DNA from: the human T2T-CHM13v2.0 reference genome, Homo sapiens
Assembly (NCBI RefSeq): GCF_009914755.1
Contig: NC_060926.1
Strand: one strand, 5' to 3'
Length of the DNA: 64,000 nt
Shown here: positions 48,215 to 64,000 of the stretch, one piece after another
How the letters are laid out: each line of letters opens with the position of its first letter
Numbering within the stretch: position 1 is the first letter of the stretch
Position numbers and translations under genes: made by a program
Notes under the pieces: model-generated
What the model saw: only the letters and a program-made list of their open reading frames with translations
The model's database searches: none
Told to the model about the DNA's origin: nothing

Positions 48215-48850
48215 AATAAAATTTAATTGTAGTACAAAAAGCACATAATACAACATAACCATCTTAACCATTTTTAAGTGTACAGTTCCTATCAGGCCAT
48301 GGTTGCTGCAAAAAAGAAAAATAAGCATACACTGCAGTAGTGTTAAGTATATTCACATTATTGTGCAACAAATCTCCAGAACTTTTTCATCTTGCAAAAC
48401 TGAAACTCTATGCCCATTAAACAACAGCTTCCCCTTTCCCCTTCTACCTCCAGTCCATGGTAACTATCACTCTGCTTTCTTTTTCTATGAATTTGACTGT
48501 TTTAGATACCCCATGTAAGTGGAATCATGTAGTATTTGTCTTTTTGTGACTGACATGTTGTCCATGTTGTAGCATGTGACGGTATTTGCTTCACTTTTTT
48601 TAAGGCTGAAGAATAATTCATTCTGTGTATATACTACATTTTGTTTATCCATTCGTTTGTCATTGGACATTTGGGTTGCTTCTACCTCTTGGCTGTTATG
48701 CATAATATGGGTACTACGATCATGGGTGTACAAATAGAAATGTCTCTTTGAGATCCCACTGTCATTTTTTTGGATACATACACAGAAGTGGCATTGCTGG
48801 ATCATATGGTTGTTTTATTTATAATTTTTTGAAGAAGCGCCATACTGCTT
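48215..48850 (-). mobile_element. L1MB 3' fragment
   Basis: accatcttaaccatttttaagtgtacagttc...ctccagaactttttcatcttgcaaaactgaaactct...attgctggatcatatggt. Confidence 0.85.
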
Positions 48851-49084
48851 CCAAAAGCTTTTAAGTTTCTTTTAATTCTTGGCCATCTGAAAGTCCATAA
48901 TGATCTGTCTAAACATGGGATCTCTCCCCTACTCTGCCTCTCCGCCAAGCAGTAGGCTTTGAGTCTGAGTATTTGTATCTTCCCTCAGCTCTGAAAAATT
49001 ATTTTTGTTTTATTGTTTCTTTGATAATTTCATTTCTTCTCAATTTCTGGAATATTTGGTCCAGCATTGCATTTCCTGGATTGA

Positions 49085-49398
<314 letters not shown>

Positions 49399-49729
49399 TT
49401 CACCTTTAAATTTTTTAATTTGATACACAGTCCAGGAGATTGCTTTGGCTTACTTTAACTTTCAAAAACCATCAAGAATTTTTGGGTTTTGTTTGTTTGT
49501 TTGTTTTTAAGAAGGGGGATGGATTGAGGCAGTCATGTTTAAATCTGAAAAGCAGTTTTTTTGTACTATGTTCCATTTGTTAACATCCTGTTATTCTATG
49601 GAAGCCAGATGAAGTATCTTTTTGAATCTGAGGATTCTGATTTCTGATTTAAAAGAAGAAGTCTTCTTTGATTTAGTTTTTTCCTTCTCTTCTCCCAGTG
49701 TTTATCATGGCTTTAGTGCTGCTGAGTTT

Positions 49730-50574
<845 letters not shown>

Positions 50575-50781
50575 TAAATATGAATAGAGAATTCATCTTA
50601 AGTTTCTTGAGAAAAGACAGAACACTTCTGCTTTTTGTCTGTATGAGAGGAGACTGGGGTCGATGGTTCTCTATAACTTAGTTTCACCCTCATTCTTACT
50701 TGCAGGCATGATCCTATTTTACTACATCTGTGAACGTACTATGAGTTCTCAAACTGTCTAGGATTCCCTCCGCAGTTCTAA

Positions 50782-51113
<332 letters not shown>

Positions 51114-51424
51114 ATTGTTTTTTATTAATCACTGCTTCTATCTGCTTTATGGCTTCCAAAGGCTTTTGATATCTCTACCCATTGATGGCATACCTCTTGC
51201 CCCCATTTCCTGCTCTTAATTTTTCATTGCTTCGTGTTTTACACCTTTTTAAAATTTTTCCTTTACTAACATTTTGATGGCATGTTGGGAGGGATTAGAG
51301 ATAAATGGCTTTGTTCCACCTGTCTTGAACTAGAAACACTTTTATCATGTGGATTATATCGTGTGAATGTGAATGTTTTCATTACAAAAATATTTCACAA
51401 AAGATTAAGCTACCATTGGGCATT

Positions 51425-51484
51425 GTGGACAGATCATTATTTGATACTAGTAGAGTGGACAGATCATTATTTGATACTAGTAGA
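51425..51484. repeat. Perfect 30-bp tandem duplication
   Basis: gtggacagatcattatttgatactagtaga x2. Confidence 0.97.
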
Positions 51485-51503
51485 GAAATTTGAGTTTATT
51501 TGA

Positions 51504-51805
51504 TTTTTTTTTTTTTTTTTTTGAGACCGTCTTGCCCTGTTGCCCAGGCTGGAGTGCAATGGCCCAATCTCAGCTCACTGCAACCTCTGCCCCCAGGTTC
51601 AAGCAAGTCTCCTGCCTCAGCCTCTCGAGTAGCTGGGACTATAGGTGCCCGCCACCACATCCAGCTAGTTTTTTTGTGTATTTTTAGTAGAGATGGAGTT
51701 TCACCATGTTGGCCAGGCTGGTCTCAAACTCTTGAAGTCACGTGATCTGCCCGTCTCAGCCTCCCAAAGTGTTGGGATTACAGGCGTGAGCCACTGTGCC
51801 TGGCC
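51504..51805 (-). mobile_element. AluS
   Basis: Alu consensus; TSD tatttgatttt. Confidence 0.95.
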
Positions 51806-52549
51806 AAGTATATTTGATTTTGAGAAAATATTGAAACTTACTCTCATGTCTTTTTTTCCTGTATCACTTTTTGAAGCTTTTCTCCCCTTTGCTTGTTCTT
51901 ACTTTTTAAGGCATTTTTTTCCATTTCTTTTGAAAGTAATTTTAAAGAACTCTAAAAAAATTTAGTAGGCAGATACATTTAAATGAGTTGATCTTTTATT
52001 TGTAAGCGTTAGACCAGGCGTCTGTTAAAACAGAAGTGACATTTATTTTGGCTAAACAGTTTCTGTTCTACATATGTGTTTACATTGCATTTTCACACTC
52101 CATAAATTGAACAGCGCAAGTACCCATATTTTTGTTGACTAAGTTTTACTGTAATATTTATCAAGGAAATGGGTATTTAATGACCATTTAATAATAAAAT
52201 AAATTGTACAATTATTGTGTTGAAATAAGATTTTACTGAGACATGAACTGTTGTTATATCAGTGTGTGCAGCTTATTTGAATAGTCTTGCAGCATGAACA
52301 TTTTTGCTTCTTAACATAAGGATCCATGTTCTCATCACTAAGATTTAACAGACATTAACATTTTGCTGTTTGCTTCAAATTGATCTCAGAGGCATGTTAA
52401 CCAACTTTAAATATTGCCACTTCACTATTTCCCTAGAAGTAAGTACTATCAAGTTGGTCTTAGTAGTTTTAGTGTTTATACAACTCAAGCATGTTTTTAA
52501 ATACTTTTGCCACATATTCATGTATGTAAACTAATCTGTTGCTTTGTAA

Positions 52550-52860
<311 letters not shown>

Positions 52861-53482
52861 TCTGCTTTGTAAGTTTTATAACTTTGCATAATGGCATCAC
52901 ACTGTATGTATCATTTTCCAGCTACTTTGTTTTGATTTACTCATGGTGATACAAGTTAATGTAGTCTATACTTTTAAATTCTGTAGAGATTTACATTGTA
53001 TCAGCATTATTGTATGCTTCTGCTTGTATATATGTGAAAATTTCTCTGGGTGGATACTCTATAACCAACAATTCTCCAGGAAATTATATGCATTTTTATT
53101 CTACCAAATATCACTCTGGAGATTTCTCATGCTGTTTGGGTTCCTAATTCTTTATGTGTGACTTATTTTTTCCCCTTTTTTCCCTCTGGGAAATGTTAGG
53201 TTTTATCTTTATCACCAGTGTTTTGAAATTTCAGTTGCTTTTTGTGTCTCTGTATGTGTGTGTGGTTGGTTCTACTTTCAGTCCTGACACTTAGGGTGTT
53301 TAGTTCTCTTTCCTTTTCTTGTTCTTTCTCTAATAGCTGTTAGTTTCAGGACTGATCCTGCAGCTTTCTTAGTTTTATTCTTTACTACTTTGAGTCTGTT
53401 TGGTTTTTGTGAAGGGGAGGGGTCTGGGGGATTTTACTTTTGATTTTTTTTTTTTCAGTTTGATTTTCTAAACTTTTATTGA

Positions 53483-53867
<385 letters not shown>

Positions 53868-53874
53868 TGTCATT

Positions 53875-54710
53875 TTTATTTTTAAAATGTTTTCTTTAAC
53901 TTGACATTATAATCTTACATATGTATTAGGTATAAAATGATGTTATAACATATGTATGCAGTGTAAAATGATTGAATCAAGCTAATGAACATATCTATCA
54001 CCTTACATAATTATTATTTATTTCACCTGTCTAACCACAACTTTCTATCCTTTGACCAACATCTCCCCATTTTGCACCACCCTCCCAGCCTCTGGTAACT
54101 ACCATTCTACTCTCTGCTTCTATGAGTTTGATTGTTTTAGATGTCACATGCAAGTGAGAATATACAATATTTGTCTTTCTATTCCTGGCTTCTTTTACTT
54201 AGCATAATATCCTCCAGGTTCATCCATGTTGTTGTAAATGACAGAATTTCCTTCTTTTTTTAAGGCTGAACAGTATTCCATTGTGTATATATACACCACA
54301 TTTTCTTTATCCATTCATTCATTGATGGACACTTAGGTTGATTGCATAACTTGGTTTTGGTAAATAATGCCACAGTGAACATGGGAGTGCCGATACTTCT
54401 TCCACATACTGAATTCAGTTCCTTAGGGTTATATACCCAGAAGTGGGATTGCTGGATCATATGGTAATTCTGGTTTTAGTTTTTTGAGGAATAGATAGTT
54501 GTCCAGAATTACTGTAATAATTTACATAACCACCATCAGTGTACAAAGGTTCACTTTTCTCCATATCCTTACCAATACCTGTTATCTTTTCCTAATAGCC
54601 ATTCTGACAGGTGTGAGATGATATGTCATTGTGCCTTTAATTTGCATTTCCCTGATGATTAGTGAGGTTGAGCATTTTTTCACATATCTATTGGCCATTT
54701 GTATGCCATT
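53875..54710 (-). mobile_element. L1MA 3' fragment
   Basis: ccagcctctggtaactaccattctactctctgcttctatgagt...ccattcattcattgatggacacttaggttg...tttgcatttccctgatgattagtga. Confidence 0.9.
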
Positions 54711-54764
54711 TTAATTTCAAAAAGCACTTTTCTTTCCTCTGAATTTTTTTATTTTGAAAAAAAT

Positions 54765-55426
<662 letters not shown>

Positions 55427-55793
55427 TAGAATACTTTTTTATTTCTCTTAAGGATTTTTTTTTCCCTAGTCCTTGCATGGTTTTTTCCTTCTGATTCCTT
55501 TTTCTTTGTTTGATTTATTTTGCTTTTCATGTTGTATGTTTCCTTTCAGTATCTGGTAATCTTTGGATAGCTCCTCATATTTAAGTGTAACCCTGACAGC
55601 CTTGACAGGGATGTCATTTGATAGGCCTCGCTGTGGGATGATTGTGGAGACCAAGCATTTTATGGAGTATTCCTGTGTGTAAGTAATCTGTGGGTACTTT
55701 CTCTGGGACTAGTGAATTTCCTCAGAGAGCAATAGAGCTGTTGCCTGCTTGTGGTTTCCTTGATTTCTGGGAGTTGGTAAAGAAGGCTGAGCA

Positions 55794-56115
<322 letters not shown>

Positions 56116-56250
56116 TCATTATGCAAATTTATAGTTTATATCACTGGTTTTCTGTAAGGCTTCTTGCTCTGGTCCTCAGCTAAATCTGCTGTCTCTAAAC
56201 CCAGAGTCTCTATAGTTCACTCTTTGCAAGATAGACCTCCAGTCTTTTGC

Positions 56251-57040
56251 TTTTTTTTTTTTTTTTTTGAGACGGAATCTTACTCTGTCACCCAGGCTGG
56301 AGTGCGGTGGCGCAATCACTGCAACCTCCACCTCTCAGGTTCAAGTGATCTTCCTGCTTCAGCCTCCTAAGTAGCTGGGATGACAGGCGCTTGCCACCAC
56401 ACCAGGGCTAATTTTTGTATTTTTAGTAGAGACAGGGTTTCACCATATTGGCCAGGCTGATCTCAAACTCCTGACCTCAGGTGATCTGCCCGTCTCGGCC
56501 TCCCAAAGTGCTGGGATTACAGGCGTGAGCCACCCCACCTGGCCTTTTCTTTCTTTCTTTTTTTTTTTTTCAAGAGACAGGGACTCACTGTGTCGCTCAG
56601 GCTAGAGTATAGTGGCATGATCATAGTTCACTACAGCCTCAATCTCTTGGGCTCAAGTGATCCTCCTGCCTCAGCCTCCCAAGTAGCTGGTGCTGCAGGC
56701 ATACGCCACCATGCTAGGCTAATATTTTTCCCCAATTTTTTTTGGTAGAGATAGGGTCTTGCTATGTTGCCCAGGCGGTCTTGAACTCCTGGCCTCCAGT
56801 GATCCTCCCAGCTAGGCGTCCCAAAGTGCTTGGATTCCAGGCATGAGCCACCATGCCCAGCCCAGACATGTATTAAAACTACCAAACAGGCCAGGTGTGG
56901 TGGCTCACACCTGTAATTCCAGCACTTTTGATGTGGGAGGATTGCTGGACGCCAGGAGTTCAAGGCTGCAGTGGGCTATGATTGTACCACTGCACTCCAA
57001 CATGGGTGACAGAGCAAGATCCTGTCTCTAAAAATAAAAA
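56251..57040. mobile_element. Alu cluster: AluS (-) 56251-56544, AluJ (-) 56545-56862, Alu monomer (+) 56889-57040
   Basis: Three Alu bodies, last two head-to-head. Confidence 0.9.
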
Positions 57041-57449
57041 ATACATGTCTGCAACCTATTTAGTAATCTTCTCCTTTGAGTGGTGGGGTCTACGTTCCTT
57101 TGTCTTCAATCTGAACAAGACTTAGTGACTTTCTTGTAACCAATAATGCAGCAGAAGTGACTTCTGAGGGTGGGTCAGAAAATACCATGTAGCTCTGCCT
57201 GGGAAACCAGGTGACATGTAAGAAGCCTGACCGTGTTGAAATCCTCAAACTGGAGAGGCCACATACAGAAGATACTCCTTGGGACAGTCTCAGCTAAATT
57301 CCTAGCCAGCATCCCTCATCAGCTGCCTATCATGTTAAGTGAGCTTTCAGGTGACCTTCTCCCCAGCCAGTATTTGTATGCAGTAATATGAGAAAACCCA
57401 AGTGAGAACTGTCCACTTGAACCCTTACAATTAATGAGCCAATACTGAT

Positions 57450-58930
<1,481 letters not shown>

Positions 58931-59500
58931 GTTGCCTTTTGAGCCCCTGAACATTTATATAACTATTATTTATTTTTTAAAAGGAAGAAAAAAGCTTGCG
59001 ATACATTAGCCACTGAAGCCCAGAGTTTGAGAATGCAAGATTTAGGCTAGTCTTAATAGGTTCGATTTCTGATTAGCCACTTAGTTGTGTTGTCTGGATA
59101 CCCTAGGTATCCCAGTTTTCTCAAGGTAAAATGAGAATATAAATAGTGCTAACCTTACTAAGTTGTTATTAGAATTAAATGATATAGTGTATATCAGTAT
59201 CTTAGTGTAGTGCCTGACATATAGAACTCATTAAAAAATGAGGCATTGTTATCGCTATTTATGTTACTTTTCTAGTCGAAAGAGCAACTTACTAGCCTTC
59301 AGAAACCTTTGGGAAAAATTTTATCCATGAGCCTGAAGCATCCCTAACACCACCGCATTTTCTTTGATAGGAAGCAGATGGGATTGACAGATTGTGCTGT
59401 TCTTAAGCCACGCTTGCCAATGTCCATGTGCCCCCTCTAAAAAAGTGTGCCAAGTGCAGTAAGGAGGAGAATTTTGAAGTATTTGGTCGTCTTTTCTTGA

Positions 59501-59879
<379 letters not shown>

Positions 59880-60328
59880 TAGAATTTAAATAAGTTAATG
59901 TTTGTGAAGCATTTAAGACAGAGCCTACCACAGAACAGGCACTACAGAAGTATTTGCTTGTTCCTTGGTCCCTCAAATAAGATAAAAGCGTAACATAATG
60001 TGCCTCTGTTACAAAAATGAAACGAAATAATAAGAGGTACGAGGGCCATTAACTCTCTCAGATTACTTCCCTGGTTGTCTCTGCAGGGGCTTGGTTTCGG
60101 ACCAGACCTATGTGCAGTCTGCCCCATCATGCTCTTAAGACTGTTGAAGATTCTTACTTTTGGTCATAGGGCTGGTAAAAGTGCAGGTAGTGTCTGGCAT
60201 TTGTAATTACTAGGGAATAAAGGGAGAATGAATTAGTTTAAGCAGTTTTTTCACTACGTATTTTGCAGTTGAAAATTTCATTACAATCACAAGTATCCCA
60301 TATATGGCTACTAGGAAGAAATGGTCCT

Positions 60329-60847
<519 letters not shown>

Positions 60848-62234
60848 GTGATTTAGTAAATACAGCCAACAATTCTGTTTCATTTGCATTTAAGTATCTT
60901 TTAAAGTTGCCTTTCAGATGAAATAGCCTATACAAGCAAGCATATAAAAATGTACTTAGAACTAGGCTTTAAAATCATTGTATCACAGAGAATTAAACCA
61001 GCATGTTCAAAAGTAATCAAGCATATTCTGTTACATTGCTCTCAGTACAAAATATGACATTCTACTGATAGAATGAAAAATAATTTTTACATGATTTTAA
61101 TCTTATCCTTTCAGGACTCTTTTTCTATAAATACATTTGTAATTTATTAATACAGTATCACATATAACCCAGGAAAATTATAAAACTGGTATGTAACTTA
61201 TAAATATTTACATATATATATCGAGTGGTTCATCAGATTTTTTTAAATGGCGATATGTAATTTTATTGTAAAGTTCAATAATGATCATACCTGGAAAAAA
61301 TCTCACAAAGATACGTAGACCCAAATGGAGGTAAATTGATCTAGACCAGTGTCTCTCAAAACTTTAAATCACCAGCATGCTTTTTTGATGATTCCATCTA
61401 AGATCTATTGAAAAAAATCCTTAGGTGTGGGAATAGGGCTATGGAGTCTGCATTTTGAGCAGATATAACAGCAAACATTTTATGGTGTTTATTGTGTTTT
61501 AAGTGCTGTTTTAAGCACTTTACATTGACTCATTCTTCACAGCAGCCCTATGAGGTATAGGTACAGGTGACTAAGAAATTTGCCCAAGGTCACCTAGTTA
61601 GAGTGTAGGGTTAGCATTGTATGTAGAAAACATACCAGAGAATTCTTTTGCATACTTTTGGGAACCATTACTCTAAGTCTAATCTAAGTCATTTGAAATT
61701 GGGAAAGCTTTATTCTATAAAATAGTAAAGTTGGGTAGGCGGGGAGAGGGTGATGCATAGTAGTACTTTCCAATTCTAAGGATTTTAAGTCTTTGTCAGT
61801 CAACACTGGGTAGCTACTTCATGGATTTTAAGTTCAGCAAAGTGAAGTCCATTTTTTAGCACCATGTTAAAGGTATGTTTTTAACAGAATCAAAGTAATG
61901 ATAAGGTTTTCAGTTTTATAGATATATAGTAAAAGTGATAAAACCAAATGTGTGTAGAATGGAGATTTTTATGTTTTAATTGAATTTTGGGGTTGTCTTT
62001 AGGTTCACTGGGAGGAGAAATCTTGATTTCAATACTTGCTTTTGAAAGTCTTCTAAAGTATATTAGTATACCTTCCTACCTTGATTTATTGAACAAGATG
62101 ACTCACTGTTTTGAATATTCTCATTGTCCAGTCTTCTGTAAACTTACATGTCGAACCCTAGACTCACCTTGTAAATTAAATCAGAATGAAATTATTAATG
62201 AAGTTTTATTTCTTGTTTTTTCCTTTCTCCTAGA

Positions 62235-62368
62235 ACAGTGGTCTCAACGTGGCTGCACATACAAGTCACCAGAGAGGCTTTTAAAAGATGATATCTGTGT
62301 CCCATCCCTAGGGATTCTGATTTAATTGGTCTGATTATTCTTACGCGCTAGGGCTGAGAAACCACTGT
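62235..62368. mobile_element. MER5A fragment
   Basis: cagtggtctcaac.tggctgcacat...tcacc...gattctgatttaattggtctg...ggctgagaaaccactg with terminal inverted repeats cagtggt/accactg. Confidence 0.75.
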
Positions 62369-62551
62369 TCTGTAGGATGTAGGGGAGGAAATTTCTTGGG
62401 CTTTTGTTGTTGCTCCCGTAAATTAGGATAATACTAAAAAAAATACTTGAGGTAGGAGTTACTAGACTATAGAGGGAATATTGTACATACATTTTCTGTC
62501 AAATTTAAACATTTAACACCTGCATTTTTTATTTCAGATTTATTGCTAAAC

Positions 62552-63397
62552 ATGGGTGCATTTTTGGATAAACCCAAAACTGAAAAACATAATGCTCATG
62601 GTGCTGGGAATGGTTTACGTTATGGCCTGAGCAGCATGCAAGGATGGAGAGTGGAAATGGAAGATGCACACACAGCTGTTGTAGGTATTCCTCACGGCTT
62701 GGAAGACTGGTCATTTTTTGCAGTTTATGATGGTCATGCTGGATCCCGAGTGGCAAATTACTGCTCAACACATTTATTAGAACACATCACTACTAACGAA
62801 GACTTTAGGGCAGCTGGAAAATCAGGATCTGCTCTTGAGCTTTCAGTGGAAAATGTTAAGAATGGTATCAGAACTGGATTTTTGAAAATTGATGAATACA
62901 TGCGTAACTTTTCAGACCTCAGAAACGGGATGGACAGGAGTGGTTCAACTGCAGTGGGAGTTATGATTTCACCTAAGCATATCTACTTTATCAACTGTGG
63001 TGATTCACGTGCTGTTCTGTATAGGAATGGACAAGTCTGCTTTTCTACCCAGGATCACAAACCTTGCAATCCAAGGGAAAAGGAGCGAATCCAAAATGCA
63101 GGAGGCAGCGTGATGATACAACGTGTTAATGGTTCATTAGCAGTATCTCGTGCTCTGGGGGACTATGATTACAAGTGTGTTGATGGCAAGGGCCCAACAG
63201 AACAACTTGTTTCTCCAGAGCCTGAGGTTTATGAAATTTTAAGAGCAGAAGAGGATGAATTTATCATCTTGGCTTGTGATGGGATCTGGGATGTTATGAG
63301 TAATGAGGAGCTCTGTGAATATGTTAAATCTAGGCTTGAGGTATCTGATGACCTGGAAAATGTGTGCAATTGGGTAGTGGACACTTGTTTACACAAG
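62552..63397 (+). CDS. PPM1B: Protein phosphatase Mg2+/Mn2+-dependent 1B (PP2C-beta), first coding exon (exon 2 = 62538-63397), codons 1-282; gene continues beyond window
   Basis: [15 protein letters not shown]-terminus (Gly2 myristoylation type), PPM motifs RVEMED (E37/D38), DGHAG (D60), NCGDSR, SRALGD, ACDGIWD (D243); AAAC-ATG-G Kozak; phase-0 donor AAG|GTATGT at 63397/63398. Confidence 0.98.
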
Positions 63398-64000
63398 GTA
63401 TGTAAACTTTTTTGTCATTAAAATAACATGTTAATTTTGAAAAGTTACGGTAGGTAAAGTTAAGCTAACTTAAAATTTTAAAACTTTTAATATTTTCACA
63501 GAAGCTGTATATTTTGAAGTACTTTACCAGAAATGAAACCATTGTTTTCTTTGCCATCCTTGTTTGTCCCAGCCTTCTAATTTGAAAATTAAGCTTGATA
63601 AATTTGAGGCATTTGTTGTCATTTAAGTACTTCATAGCTTGTTGCTGTAGCAAAAGCATTTACACAGAGTGACTTTTTCTTGACATTGGCAGTAACCATC
63701 TTATGCCTGATTATGAAGCAGCTTGATAAAATATGTATATAGTAGAATTCTGTACTAGATATTACTAAAAGATCAAGAGCCATGTGAAATATTGGAAGAT
63801 GTACTAGATGCCTAGCCTGTATAAAATTTAGTCCTGAGCCTCCTAGCAGTGAAGACAAAAACTGAAATAAAAATATGGGTTGTATATTTCTCATTGTCTT
63901 CTAAAAGCAGCTCTTATCTGGCAATACAATCTAAAAAGGATTTACATGTGGCTCTCTAAGTAATACATGACTTGGATAGTATCTTTTGTAGAAGATAAAA

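Noticed and set aside
51425-51484. CRISPR-like 30-bp direct repeat
   Set aside because: Only two abutting copies with no spacer, in a primate intron.
62543-63421. 292-aa ORF as a complete intronless phosphatase or retrogene
   Set aside because: True start is ATG 62552; homology ends at a canonical donor at 63397 and there is an upstream acceptor with no TSD or A-tail, so it is an exon.

Overview
Primate, almost certainly human, genomic DNA from the 5' end of PPM1B (PP2C-beta; 2p21 from my recall of the gene). The first 27.5 kb is repeat-dense intergenic DNA: many Alus, a two-LTR MST/MaLR provirus, a solo MSTA LTR, old L1/L2/MIR/MER elements and a 5'-truncated U6 retrocopy. A processed PDSS1 pseudogene with TSDs (27568-28382) lies about 0.8 kb upstream of a CCAAT/GC-box-rich CpG-island promoter (~29170-30900). 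Non-coding exon 1 of PPM1B ends at 30632. Intron 1 is 31.9 kb and Alu-rich. Exon 2 (62538-63397) carries the ATG at 62552 and codons 1-282. Almost all ORFs in the supplied track are Alu/L1 read-through artefacts. I see no new protein-coding system. The best leads are: (i) the PDSS1 retrocopy appears to preserve an unusual isoform with an 83-nt stop-containing cassette and intronic polyadenylation; (ii) an ATG uORF in the PPM1B leader reads a GGC repeat as poly-Gly; (iii) back-spliced exon 2 would close a 285-aa ORF covering 858 of 860 nt and lacking the last catalytic Asp; (iv) several template-switch scars, including a 47-bp fold-back in an LTR. Repeat subfamily names and boundaries are by eye and approximate.
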